Source of the DNA: a virus
Lineage: Duplodnaviria > Caudoviricetes
IMG/VR virus record: IMGVR_UViG_3300030330_002830
Coordinates: 1-30,697 of that record
Strand: one strand, 5' to 3'
DNA: 30,697 nucleotides
Shown here: positions 17,364-26,836 of the stretch, piece by piece
How positions within the stretch are numbered: position 1 is the first letter of the stretch
Layout: each line of letters starts with the position of its first letter
Notes under the pieces: model-generated
What the model was told of the DNA's origin: nothing
Databases searched by the model: none
Seen by the model: the letters and a program-made list of their open reading frames with translations, nothing else
Position numbers and translations under genes: made by a program

Positions 17364-18268
17364 CTTTTATACTCTAATGATAAATACTTTCTCAAATTTT
17401 TAAGATATTCTTTTGAAGTCTCAAAATTATTATGTCTAGCGTTTACTACATTAATCATTCTTTTAGCTAGACCTTCAGGATTTAATACTGAGTTGTTGTA
17501 ATTAGCAAGACCTTCTAGAAGCGGTCTACAATCTGCCGTTTGAAAAAAGTTTAAAGCTTTTGATAAAGTGTTATCAAGATCATCCCAAGCACCTTTAAAA
17601 AATGAAGATTCTTCATAATACCAAAATCTTGGAAGCCTGTCTACAACGGGTATAGCTCCCATCATACTAGATTCAAAAAATCTAAACGTCTCCATACTAT
17701 AGGCTCCCCGTGGGCATAGAGACAACTTTGAATCACCCAAAAGTTCCATATATTCTTTTGGAGGTAGTCCTCTATTAAATCCATCTGTAAATTCAATTTT
17801 GTATTTAAATTTATTGCCAGTTTCTTTTACGAGCTTGTCAAGACCTCTTTTAAAACAGTCTCTTGTTCCCGTATGAGGAATTTGTCCAACAAAAGAAAAA
17901 TCATACTTTCTTTGTGAAAGCGGCTTTATTTCAATATCTTTGTAAGCATCATTAAATGGTCCTAATGGGGCAGGAAATGTCAAGGGTGTATCTAGACAGT
18001 GATCCCATCTATCTAGCACATGATAATGCTGGAATATCAGAAAAACATCATCTCTAAAAAATCCTTCAGGTACTAAATGATTTTCTCTGGAGGTTGATAT
18101 AAGAATATTTAGTTTTTTGTCATTAAATTCTGGAACGGGTTGCGAATCATACTTAACAATAACTCTGTACTTATCATCTAGCATTTCGCTAAATTTAGTG
18201 GCTGTATCTAGTGTAAAATTATTTCCTAAGTGAAACTCTTTGTTTATATCAATTAATTCTGCTGGCAT
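17360..18268 (-). CDS. Exostosin-like (GT47-like) glycosyltransferase
   Basis: RKYDFSFVGQ, EYMELLGDSKLSLCPRG, ETFRFFESSMMGAIPVV match the exostosin family C-terminal signature. Confidence 0.75.
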   Translation of the reverse strand: MPAELIDINKEFHLGNNFTLDTATKFSEMLDDKYRVIVKYDSQPVPEFNDKKLNILISTSRENHLVPEGFFRDDVFLIFQHYHVLDRWDHCLDTPLTFPAPLGPFNDAYKDIEIKPLSQRKYDFSFVGQIPHTGTRDCFKRGLDKLVKETGNKFKYKIEFTDGFNRGLPPKEYMELLGDSKLSLCPRGAYSMETFRFFESSMMGAIPVVDRLPRFWYYEESSFFKGAWDDLDNTLSKALNFFQTADCRPLLEGLANYNNSVLNPEGLAKRMINVVNARHNNFETSKEYLKNLRKYLSLEYKR

Positions 18269-18279
18269 AATAGTCTCTT

Positions 18280-18993
18280 TTAATTAAATTTGAATACGTC
18301 TTTAAATGTATTAGCGTAGTGCTGGTGTTCTGGCGGTATGCCGTCAAAAGAGAGAAACCCTTTTTCTTGATCATATTCTGGATACCTTGACATCGCAATA
18401 ATTGTATTTTTGTACATACAAGCATACTCTTTGTTTAGCGTTACCTCTTTTGCTAGACGTACATTTTCTCCCGTAGATTTGTATGTAGTTCCTGATTTAA
18501 GTTTTTTATTGCCTAAGAATTTACCTATGTTTTTATACATATCTAAAGTTGTATTTAAATGAGTATCATATTGCGCCTTTTCTCCCATGATATCTTTTAT
18601 GCACATTTCAATAACAGGATGATCGCTAGCACAGTATAGTAGCGCTTGAAATACGTGCTGACTTCCAAAAGAAAGAACACTAAAAAAATCTATATCTGGA
18701 GAGATGTAATTTTCAATAGGTTCCATATGTTTAATGTCTACATCGCAGTAATATCCACCCATTTTATATAGGTAACAGTACCTAAAAAAATCACCTTTGT
18801 TACAGCCACGTTTGATGGTATGAAAAAAATCAGTGTATGAAGAATCATATTCTTGTGACAAAAACTTTACAACATCTTCATCTGTAAAAAAAAGTATCTC
18901 TTTTTCAGGATTTAGCTTTTTTATGTTTGGAATTACATAACTAGGAATGTTATCATCTTTCCATGTTAATATGATATTGTTTGGTATTTTCAT
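18280..18993 (-). CDS. GT32 / OCH1-like DXD glycosyltransferase
   Basis: KIPNNIILTWK, FFTDED, GDFFRYCYLYKMGGYYCDVD. Confidence 0.85.
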   Translation of the reverse strand: MKIPNNIILTWKDDNIPSYVIPNIKKLNPEKEILFFTDEDVVKFLSQEYDSSYTDFFHTIKRGCNKGDFFRYCYLYKMGGYYCDVDIKHMEPIENYISPDIDFFSVLSFGSQHVFQALLYCASDHPVIEMCIKDIMGEKAQYDTHLNTTLDMYKNIGKFLGNKKLKSGTTYKSTGENVRLAKEVTLNKEYACMYKNTIIAMSRYPEYDQEKGFLSFDGIPPEHQHYANTFKDVFKFN

Positions 18994-20015
18994 TATCCGG
19001 GAGCCTCGTAATATCCTATGTTAAATCCTTCGTTGGTGCATTCTTTAAGTGTTTTTGCATGACCTATTGTATGAAGTTTTTTTTCTACATACTCGCACAT
19101 GGTAGTGTTCGTCCCCGGCCAATTGTTTTTATAAAAGTGACAAAGTTTTTGACATCTGAAATCCCTACGACTACTACTAATCGGTCTGGGTTTGATGTTA
19201 TCTTTAATCTCTTCATATCTTTTTCTAAGCATTCCCAAAAATCTATCTTGATCTGACTTGTCAAAACACATGCTAAACGGCCCACCGTCTCTGGTAAAGA
19301 AGATAGACATAATAGCCTGCTCATAATCTGGATAAAGTTTTGATATGGCATAATTATACAATAGTAACTGCGCATCGTCAAGAAGTTTTTCATATGTTTT
19401 TACTTCTCCCGTAGCCCAGTTTTTTCTTTGTCCCGTTTTCCAATCTACCACTTCAATTATATTGTCATCTATCTTGGTAACTAGGTCAATAGTTCCTTTG
19501 ATGGCTAAGTTGCCCGTGATAGTAGTCCCATCTGGCATTTCATATTCATACTTAGCCCAATCCTCCTCTATTTCAATATCGAATGTCGGCTCTGTGTCAA
19601 CTATGTTTCTATTTCTTGGATCAAACTGACCTTCGTTAAAAGTTAGAGCCGTCTCTACTTGCTTTTCGCAAAACCTAAAATCGGCAGGATAATATTTATG
19701 ACTATCCTGTGAGGTGTAATGTTCATAGCTATCTTTCATTAGTTGAGCTACAAACTTTTTTGTTCCTAATTTTCTAGGCGTAAACTCTAGTTGCCCAAGA
19801 GCGTCATCTGTAATTGATAGCGTTTTACTATCTGGATTATCCTGTAGCTCTTTTTTACAGGCGGCAAGGCACTCCATGACTTTGTGACACGCAGTGCCTT
19901 GTTGCGCCTTCTTGCCAGACTCAGACCTATATCCTAAAACATAGGTCATGAAATATTGCATTTGACAAAAGTCATAGTTACCATAACTAGAAGATCTTAT
20001 GTAGGTAACTATCAT
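18993..20015 (-). CDS. Cas4/AddB-like PD-(D/E)XK exonuclease, probable Fe-S cluster
   Basis: SSS...CQMQYF, GTACHKVME, GTIDLV, VVDWKTG, QLLLY, C-terminal CQKLC...C. Confidence 0.85.
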   Translation of the reverse strand: MIVTYIRSSSYGNYDFCQMQYFMTYVLGYRSESGKKAQQGTACHKVMECLAACKKELQDNPDSKTLSITDDALGQLEFTPRKLGTKKFVAQLMKDSYEHYTSQDSHKYYPADFRFCEKQVETALTFNEGQFDPRNRNIVDTEPTFDIEIEEDWAKYEYEMPDGTTITGNLAIKGTIDLVTKIDDNIIEVVDWKTGQRKNWATGEVKTYEKLLDDAQLLLYNYAISKLYPDYEQAIMSIFFTRDGGPFSMCFDKSDQDRFLGMLRKRYEEIKDNIKPRPISSSRRDFRCQKLCHFYKNNWPGTNTTMCEYVEKKLHTIGHAKTLKECTNEGFNIGYYEAPG

Positions 20016-20920
20016 TCTGATTCTCTAAACTGATGAATGCCACCAACAAGAACAGGCTCTTCCTTTTTGTCTGTATTGGCTTCTGACTCAGAAGTTATAG
20101 GCGCTCCTAGCCAGCCCCATTCTTCAATCGCGTTTATAAGTTCTACATGAGTTTCTTGAATTGACATGTTTTGATTGTCAATAACTGCATCAAATTCATA
20201 GTCGTCATCAAAGGCATTTTCGCTTTTGTGAGAATCTTTGTAATTTGATCTTGTTAATCTAATCACTTTGCCTCCAGCGTTTTGGATAGCCTCAGCCTCA
20301 TTTGGGTATCTACAATCATCAATTACCGCCAGTAGAGATCCTTCTGATTCTACATCTTTAACGAGTCTTGAAACCCAAATCTCTTCGTAGATTCTTCTAC
20401 AAACTTCAGAACCAAAAAACTGGAGAAACTCTCTGCCTGTCATTTTCCCATTTTTATGATATGTCAACTTGCCGCTATCAATAAGCTTTTTAATCGGCGC
20501 AAGTTTGGCGGTTTTAGCGCAGGTGATAACTCCGGGCATAGATGCCCAAGTAATTGGTATCTTTGCGTTTTTCTGTATATCAGTACCCCTGATATTCTCT
20601 TCTTTAATATCAAATAATTCTGTAGCGATATTTTTTAGGGGGTCTGCAAAAGAATAGCTTTTTACATAGGGCCACATGTTATAAACTGCCCATTCAGAAA
20701 ACTCTAAATCCACCCTCTTAACGTCCAGAAGCGCATGTCCCTGCTCCTTCTCTCCTTTGGAATCAATAAATTCTGTAGCAACAACAAGCTCGCCTTTATC
20801 AGTTATACTAAATCCACCAATTATATTGTGCGATCTAAGTTGATACCCGTGTATAAAGTTGCTGCAAGTAGTTTTGCCAGATTGTTTGTTGCCAGCAAAG
20901 GCTAAAATTCTGGTGGTCAT
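20012..20920 (-). CDS. Deoxynucleoside monophosphate kinase (T4 gp1-like)
   Basis: P-loop AGNKQSGKTT, SFADPLK, TGREFLQFFGSE, IWV, VIDDCRYPNE, GGKVIRLTR, HKSE. Confidence 0.85.
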   Translation of the reverse strand: MTTRILAFAGNKQSGKTTCSNFIHGYQLRSHNIIGGFSITDKGELVVATEFIDSKGEKEQGHALLDVKRVDLEFSEWAVYNMWPYVKSYSFADPLKNIATELFDIKEENIRGTDIQKNAKIPITWASMPGVITCAKTAKLAPIKKLIDSGKLTYHKNGKMTGREFLQFFGSEVCRRIYEEIWVSRLVKDVESEGSLLAVIDDCRYPNEAEAIQNAGGKVIRLTRSNYKDSHKSENAFDDDYEFDAVIDNQNMSIQETHVELINAIEEWGWLGAPITSESEANTDKKEEPVLVGGIHQFRESE

Positions 20921-21957
20921 ATCAAATTATCCTTTTCTAATTGGGGGTTAAGTTCTTCATGAATTTGTTCAATAGACATTTCACCAATGTCTTTTTTAGA
21001 AATTTGCGGTCTGTAATAGTTAAATCTTCTCCCGCACTTTTTTACAATTTGATCAGCGGCTTTTTTTCCTGCTTCGTCATAGTCTGTCAATATTACTAAA
21101 TTTAAAGCTCCGCTTTTTTCCAATACTAAAAGTTGGTCATCGCTTACACTAGCGCCAAAGATACCAACTGAATTTTTAAATCCCGCTTCATACATTCTTA
21201 AAACATCGCCTTGTCCTTCTAATATGAAAAGAACACCTTTGTCTCCCATGAAGTTTTGCGCGACATTGAATCCATAAAGAACATTTTTCTTAAATCCTTT
21301 ACTGTGTAACCACTTAGGTTGCAAGCTGTCATTAATAGCTCTTCCTACACATCCTACATAGTTATAGTCCTCATCGTAGACTGGGACAACAACTCTTCCT
21401 GACATTGGCTTATTTTTTGCAAAACATGTACCAATATCAAAAGTTTTTAAAGTTTCCTCACTGTATCCTCTTCCGATATAATACTCTGCCGGTATGTTGA
21501 TTGTAGATTGTATTTGTTCTCTAGATATGTTAGGTATTTGTCTTTCTATCTTTCTATCAAATATCTCTAGCAATTTCACTTCTTTTTTAGCGCCTGTCTT
21601 AACTTCTATTTGGCTTGGATCTAGCTTTAGAAAGTCTAAACAAAAATCATAGACAGTATTTAATGGTAAGTCTCTACCTTCTCTGTATGATAGTACACCT
21701 CTAACAAATCCAAATATATTGCTTTGATAGTCTTGCTCACATTGATTCGTCCAACATCTCCAGTTTCCTGTAGCCGTATCTCCATCTGTAAAGATACTAC
21801 AGCCCTCTGGACTGTCGCCACCGTGGATTGGACATGGGAAAGAGTGTCTATTAGGATACTCTATGCTTTCTATTTCAAAATATTCTAAAAGTGACGGAAT
21901 ATCTTCCGAAAGCTTTTCACATACTGTCAATATCTGATTCTGAGTCAATCTCTTCAT
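20917..21957 (-). CDS. dnaG: DNA primase (CHC2 zinc finger + TOPRIM)
   Basis: CPIH...WRCWTNQC, GRVVVP, PKWLHS, ILEGQGD, TDYDEAGKKAA; no C-terminal helicase-binding domain. Confidence 0.9.
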   Translation of the reverse strand: MKRLTQNQILTVCEKLSEDIPSLLEYFEIESIEYPNRHSFPCPIHGGDSPEGCSIFTDGDTATGNWRCWTNQCEQDYQSNIFGFVRGVLSYREGRDLPLNTVYDFCLDFLKLDPSQIEVKTGAKKEVKLLEIFDRKIERQIPNISREQIQSTINIPAEYYIGRGYSEETLKTFDIGTCFAKNKPMSGRVVVPVYDEDYNYVGCVGRAINDSLQPKWLHSKGFKKNVLYGFNVAQNFMGDKGVLFILEGQGDVLRMYEAGFKNSVGIFGASVSDDQLLVLEKSGALNLVILTDYDEAGKKAADQIVKKCGRRFNYYRPQISKKDIGEMSIEQIHEELNPQLEKDNLI

Positions 21958-23377
21958 TTATTTCAAAACCTTCTTCTCTTGCTCTCGCACTATTATGAAG
22001 TTCATTTCTAGTCATGCCTTCTTCAAGTCTTCCTATTTTACCAAACATTTTCATGCTAACGTAGTCGCCATCATCTAAACCTTCCCCGTGTCTTGAAACA
22101 ACGGGAACGAGTTTCCTGTTTCCGTTCTCTACCCTGTCTTCCGCTACCTCTTCTTCTGATTTCATCTTAAAGATAGAGAAGCTAGTACAAAGCCATATAA
22201 GCCTGTCTGAGCCTGATACAACATCGGTAGACTCTTTGGTTATACCATCTCTGTTTAGCTGCACAAAGCTCAAGCAGGGTACATCATACTTAACCATAAA
22301 GTTATGTAGTTGAGTAATTTGAAATCCAAGCACTTGATATTCTTGCATGGAGCTACTAATGCCCTCAGAACCCATCAGCTTTAGATAGTCATATACAATC
22401 AAACAATCATTTGTGACACCAGCCTCATCAAATCCTACATGCTGGTAAATCCATTTGCGCATAATTGCTAAGATGTTTTCAAAAGGTTGACCAGCAATAC
22501 TTATGTAGTGATAAGGTATTTCTTTTAGTTTATCTGCTGCTTTCTCTACCTTCTCTTTTTCTAGTGGATTTTCTGTAAACTTACCAGTAGAAATCTTATT
22601 TATATCTACACCACTGACGTTTGCAAGCATTCTATTAAGATGATCTTCTTTGCTCATCTCGGTATCTAACATAAGTACAGGAATACCCAGATTGGAAACA
22701 TTCATAGCGACAGCATCGCCAAACATAGATTTACCAACCTTTGGGCGAGCCGCGATAAGATCGACACACTTTCTTCTTAAACCCCCTCCAATAGCAGCAT
22801 CATATCTGGGAAAGCCCGTAGGAATACCCACATTGTCAGAAACGTTCTCAGAAAGAAACTCAATGTAGTCATCAATATCTTCACCAATAATCTCCGTTTT
22901 CTTATTAGATGATTGATATATGTCAGCAGTAGCATCAAGAATGGGCGCTTCTACTTTGGAGATGAGATCCATGACATCTTCATCACCGTTTGTAGCATCC
23001 AAATCTTTTTGACAAGCGCTAAGTGTTTTCTTTAAATCTCTTGCTAGTTTAAGTTTGGCTATCTTTACAGCGTGAGACTTTGCATTTTCTTTATGTATAG
23101 GAAAATTAAACAGAGATCGTATAAATGATATCTCTTGCTTGTTGTTGATAGACTCATGTACGCCTAAGCTGTTGGCGGCAGAAAGTATAGATGCTAGCTC
23201 TACCTTAGAATTTTCTGAAACAGATTTATGAATACAATGAAACAAAAGCTGATTCATATCATCTGTGAAATGATCAGCGTCTACAAAGTCTATTTCCAAA
23301 TAGCAGTCTAGCCCATACTGACAAAGAGCCGCAAGTACGGCCCTTTCTGATGCTAGATCTTCAAGATTATTTTTCAT
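21917..23377 (-). CDS. dnaB: Replicative DNA helicase (DnaB family)
   Basis: SERAVLAAL, GIPTGF, Walker A AARPKVGKS, DTEMS, Walker B VYDYLKL, QLNR, SRHG. Confidence 0.93.
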   Translation of the reverse strand: MKNNLEDLASERAVLAALCQYGLDCYLEIDFVDADHFTDDMNQLLFHCIHKSVSENSKVELASILSAANSLGVHESINNKQEISFIRSLFNFPIHKENAKSHAVKIAKLKLARDLKKTLSACQKDLDATNGDEDVMDLISKVEAPILDATADIYQSSNKKTEIIGEDIDDYIEFLSENVSDNVGIPTGFPRYDAAIGGGLRRKCVDLIAARPKVGKSMFGDAVAMNVSNLGIPVLMLDTEMSKEDHLNRMLANVSGVDINKISTGKFTENPLEKEKVEKAADKLKEIPYHYISIAGQPFENILAIMRKWIYQHVGFDEAGVTNDCLIVYDYLKLMGSEGISSSMQEYQVLGFQITQLHNFMVKYDVPCLSFVQLNRDGITKESTDVVSGSDRLIWLCTSFSIFKMKSEEEVAEDRVENGNRKLVPVVSRHGEGLDDGDYVSMKMFGKIGRLEEGMTRNELHNSARAREEGFEINEEIDSESDIDSM

Positions 23378-23779
23378 CTATACCGACCTTGCCCTCAAGC
23401 ACTTATCGCAGGTAAAGAAGTCACGCGCATGTTGAGGATGAACCTCTACACTAGAGTTGCAAGCAGCACAGAATTGAGAAACCATCTTGACTGGTTTTCT
23501 TTTCCTTTCAGTAGGCGTTATGTCTGGTGTTTTGTTTTGTTCATCTTTATGTTCAGTGCCATCATCTGTGAAAAGATTAACCCTTTGTTTTACTTCTACT
23601 TGTGTAGAGCTTGGTTTAGGCTTATCTCTCGTCATTGTAAAGTCATCCACATCTCTATTTACGCTTTCTGGAGGCTTTGCTTCTTTTGGCTTGTCTTCTG
23701 CTAATAGGCTAGCTGCCAACTCTTGCTTTTGCTCAGGCGTAAGAAGCTGCATCATCTTTTGCACCAGATCTTCAGTCAT
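23378..23779 (-). CDS. Hypothetical protein with C-terminal zinc finger
   Basis: CAAC-x16-CDKC at the C-terminus after a low-complexity linker. Confidence 0.6.
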   Translation of the reverse strand: MTEDLVQKMMQLLTPEQKQELAASLLAEDKPKEAKPPESVNRDVDDFTMTRDKPKPSSTQVEVKQRVNLFTDDGTEHKDEQNKTPDITPTERKRKPVKMVSQFCAACNSSVEVHPQHARDFFTCDKCLRARSV

Positions 23780-24246
23780 TATTTTCTCCTAGCCATATTT
23801 GTTAATATTTCTGCCATCTTAATTATTCTATTGTTTTTGCCTTCTAGTGTTCTAACTCTAGCTTCTGCATGGTTTTTTATCTTCAGTATTTCAGCAGCTA
23901 GTGGGTTTTCTCTTATTGCGGAGTAATACTTCTCTTGCCATTTAGAGTATTGTCCTCCATACTGATTCATTGTGTTACCTATTATAAACCAAATAGAAGA
24001 TTCTGCCCACTCTAAAGTATTTTTTTCTTTAGCTTTTACTGTCTCTACATATTCTGCATACGCATAAAGTTTAAAAGCATACATATTGCACGTTTCTGCA
24101 TTCCAAGATTTGATTGTGTCAAAGTCGGCGTTAAGAGCTACAGAAGCTTCTTCTGGAGGCTCTACTTCGACTAAGTATTTAGAACTTTTCCAGTCTTGTA
24201 CCGCTTGTAAAAATTCATTGAATCTTGTTTCGCCATTCATCTTCAT
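23779..24246 (-). CDS. Hypothetical helical protein, possibly a UvsY-like recombination mediator
   Basis: 155 aa, helical/coiled-coil character, two genes downstream of the recombinase; function inferred from size and context only. Confidence 0.4.
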   Translation of the reverse strand: MKMNGETRFNEFLQAVQDWKSSKYLVEVEPPEEASVALNADFDTIKSWNAETCNMYAFKLYAYAEYVETVKAKEKNTLEWAESSIWFIIGNTMNQYGGQYSKWQEKYYSAIRENPLAAEILKIKNHAEARVRTLEGKNNRIIKMAEILTNMARRK

Positions 24247-24610
24247 CCTCGTTGTAATTTAATTGTACCAATCTTATTTCATTCAGCTTGCACCATTCCG
24301 CCTTGCTCCTATCTCTTGCTTGTGCTTTAAAAAAGGCTAGCTTACTATCAAAATGATAAGCATTAAATCGAAAGTGCTGTTCACCATGAACCTCTACAAT
24401 TAGATTTCTATTTGGTATGTAAAAATCTGCACGAAGACACTTACTTCTTGTAGTTTTTGTTCCCGGTAAAGTCACTTCCTCTAATATTCTATCATGAGGA
24501 AAGCAAGAGTCAAGGACTATTTTTGCCTTTTGGTGTAATTTAGACCTTTTGCCGCCACCCGTTTTTGGATTCCAAGTATACTCGCGAGCATCTAAACCTA
24601 TTACTTTCAA
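24215..24610 (-). CDS. DUF559/Vsr-like PD-(D/E)XK endonuclease
   Basis: LRADFYIP, LIVEVHGEQHF, RDRSKAEWC..NEIRLV; TTG start overlapping the recA TGA. Confidence 0.75.
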   Translation of the reverse strand: MKVIGLDAREYTWNPKTGGGKRSKLHQKAKIVLDSCFPHDRILEEVTLPGTKTTRSKCLRADFYIPNRNLIVEVHGEQHFRFNAYHFDSKLAFFKAQARDRSKAEWCKLNEIRLVQLNYNEDEDEWRNKIQ

Positions 24611-25620
24611 GCCAGTGCCTCTTTTATCATCGACTCTAGATTGTCTACATGTTCAGGATTTTCTCTCAAAAGATTGTAAACTTTATCTTGTCCTTGGAGC
24701 TTGCCCTCCCAAAGAGATTCGCAAGAAAACCAAGCGCCAGATTTATCAATAAAACCTAAGTCTAAAGATAATTCAAGTATTTCTTGAGTTCTGTCAATTC
24801 CATGACCGTATCTGATATAGCTTTGAACCTGACCTCCCGGCGGCCCCATAGAAGAACAGATAATCTTCCAGTTGACAATTTGACCAATTCTGTTTTTATT
24901 GCCATCCTCCCAAGGTTTTATCGCGGGAACCTTTTCGCCACCACCAGCAATTTCCATTCTAGTGTCGGCTTGATACTGAATTTTTGTTCCGCCATCTGAT
25001 AGTTTTGCTTTTCCAAAACCTCCTGTGTTTGCGATATAGTGAGTTATAGCAATCACAAGACCTCGTTGACGAGGCAGAAGCTGTCCGATCTTTTTTGTAA
25101 AGATAGATAAAACTTTAGGAAGACCAGCACGACCCGGAGTGAAGTCTCCATCTAGTTCTTTTTCTGGAATCAATGAAGATATAGAATCAATTATAAGCAC
25201 AGCGCCATGATTTTCAGGATCGCTCATCAGTTGATACGCCCATTTTAAAAGCTCTTCCGCAGGCAAAGGCTTATCTTCTGGGCCTATTACTTTAATTTTT
25301 GCAGGGTCAAAGTCATCTACTTGAAAGTTCATATCTTTCAGGCGACCTTCAGCATCAACATAAATTATCGGCCTACCTTCTTTTTGACAGTTTGCGGCAA
25401 TTTGCATAGCTGTTGTAGTCTTGCCGCTTTTAGGATCTCCGGTTAGAGTAAGCCAGCAACCCTCCCTTATGCCACCGCCTAGTGCGAGATCAATAGCGGG
25501 ACTAACAGAGATGGTTTTGTAATTACTTTTTTCTTCTAAGACTTCTGTGCCAGTCTTTATTATGTTTCCATATTTCTTTATATCATTTTTCAAGTATTCA
25601 GGTACTTTATTTTTTGCCAT
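24607..25620 (-). CDS. recA: RecA/UvsX-like recombinase
   Basis: IDLALGGG, Walker A GDPKSGKTT, YVDAE, Walker B IIDSISSL, ELDGD, GGTKIQYQAD, KSGAWF, QGQDK. Confidence 0.88.
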   Translation of the reverse strand: MAKNKVPEYLKNDIKKYGNIIKTGTEVLEEKSNYKTISVSPAIDLALGGGIREGCWLTLTGDPKSGKTTTAMQIAANCQKEGRPIIYVDAEGRLKDMNFQVDDFDPAKIKVIGPEDKPLPAEELLKWAYQLMSDPENHGAVLIIDSISSLIPEKELDGDFTPGRAGLPKVLSIFTKKIGQLLPRQRGLVIAITHYIANTGGFGKAKLSDGGTKIQYQADTRMEIAGGGEKVPAIKPWEDGNKNRIGQIVNWKIICSSMGPPGGQVQSYIRYGHGIDRTQEILELSLDLGFIDKSGAWFSCESLWEGKLQGQDKVYNLLRENPEHVDNLESMIKEALA

Positions 25621-26083
25621 CTGTATCCCTAAGTTTTGATAGTAGTGTTTTACTTTTGTTCTTTTTCTTTGGTTTATACTTCGTATCTTCAGCTATCTCA
25701 ATAATCTTCTTTGGTCTTTGCTCTTCTATTTTAAGTTCCTCAGAGCGTTTAGCCACACCCTTTTCTACAAAGTCTGTTATTAAAACAAACTTTTTTGATT
25801 TGTGCAAAAAGCCCAAGGAGTAAACGTTTCTACCGCTTGGGCTATTAAGATAAGATACTAGAGATTTTTCTCCATACTTTTTTATCAGCTTAGAAGCTAA
25901 TCTTATTTGAGTTTGATATTCTTCTTTTTGCGACTTATTCCAAAATTTAAATTCAAGACTTCCTTTGTTTTCTCGCTCTCTTTTTCTCAAGCATACCATT
26001 TCAGCGCAATACTGCGCAGCGTTACAGGGCTGGCTGGTTGATATACTTTTGTACTTCGGGGTGTTTGATTTTTTCTGAGTCAT
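25607..26083 (-). CDS. Hypothetical basic protein
   Basis: 158-aa Lys-rich ORF overlapping both neighbours, co-oriented. Confidence 0.6.
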   Translation of the reverse strand: MTQKKSNTPKYKSISTSQPCNAAQYCAEMVCLRKRERENKGSLEFKFWNKSQKEEYQTQIRLASKLIKKYGEKSLVSYLNSPSGRNVYSLGFLHKSKKFVLITDFVEKGVAKRSEELKIEEQRPKKIIEIAEDTKYKPKKKNKSKTLLSKLRDTDGKK

Positions 26084-26537
26084 TTTTAAATATCATATAC
26101 TTAACGTTATCTTCTGTGACAGATCTGACAGCTTTATCTTTTTCAAATTGATTGTAAGGCCAAGTATATTTTGCAACATCTACGGCAGAGCAATCATCTT
26201 TTAGTAAGCAAACAGTGAGTGTTTGAAAAGATGTAGAATGACTACCATCCATAGCCTGATCTTTAGCTATCCCTCTCATGACAGCAAGCCCATCTAGGCC
26301 ATTGGGATTTTCAAAGAAAATTTTAGCAGGAGCGCCAAACATGTGTAATTCTATTTTAGTAATAAAATCATTATTTTCTTTACAGTGATCTCTAAGTCTT
26401 ATCCAAGGGTTATCAAATCCTGATCTGTCATAATCTCCATAAACCCTAGTGCCATCAGAAAGTGTTGCAATCCAGCTAATCATAAGATTTTCCATAGTTA
26501 GTCTTCTCATGTAGCCGTCTCTTTTTGTGCAAATCAT
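26022..26537 (-). CDS. Hypothetical protein
   Basis: 171-aa ORF starting 1 nt after the upstream stop, preceded by AAGGAAG. Confidence 0.6.
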   Translation of the reverse strand: MICTKRDGYMRRLTMENLMISWIATLSDGTRVYGDYDRSGFDNPWIRLRDHCKENNDFITKIELHMFGAPAKIFFENPNGLDGLAVMRGIAKDQAMDGSHSTSFQTLTVCLLKDDCSAVDVAKYTWPYNQFEKDKAVRSVTEDNVKYMIFKNDSEKIKHPEVQKYINQPAL

Positions 26538-26538
26538 A

Positions 26539-26835
26539 TTATACTTCCTTTATTTTGTGAATTATCCCCTTGTATCTTTTAGGGGTGGATGTATTTTTTC
26601 TAGATTCATCTGCCGCCATAGAAGCAGCCTCTGTCATAATTGTAGCGACTTTATTAGAATCTCTGGCATAAAGATTAGAAGAGTCTGGTCCATCTGTTGA
26701 CTTTTTAATAGTCTTTAAATGTTTTGTGACACTTGACTCTGATCTATCAAGATCTTTAGCAAGAACAGAAACTTCTGCTTCGGCATTATTTTCAATGTAG
26801 TATTTTTCCGCTTTTGAAAGTGGACCTTTCTTCAT
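26539..26835 (-). CDS. Putative helix-turn-helix DNA-binding protein
   Basis: LSKAEKYYIENN...VSVLAKDLDRSESSVTKHL resembles an HTH; GGAG SD upstream. Confidence 0.55.
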   Translation of the reverse strand: MKKGPLSKAEKYYIENNAEAEVSVLAKDLDRSESSVTKHLKTIKKSTDGPDSSNLYARDSNKVATIMTEAASMAADESRKNTSTPKRYKGIIHKIKEV

Positions 26836-26836
26836 T

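Noticed and set aside
19085-19393. 102-aa minus-strand ORF nested in the Cas4-like gene
   Set aside because: Alternative frame inside a conserved nuclease; no motifs or clear SD
18993-20015. Cas4-like gene as evidence of a CRISPR-Cas system
   Set aside because: No repeat-spacer array and no cas1/cas2 in the window; stand-alone Cas4-like nucleases are common in phage replication modules
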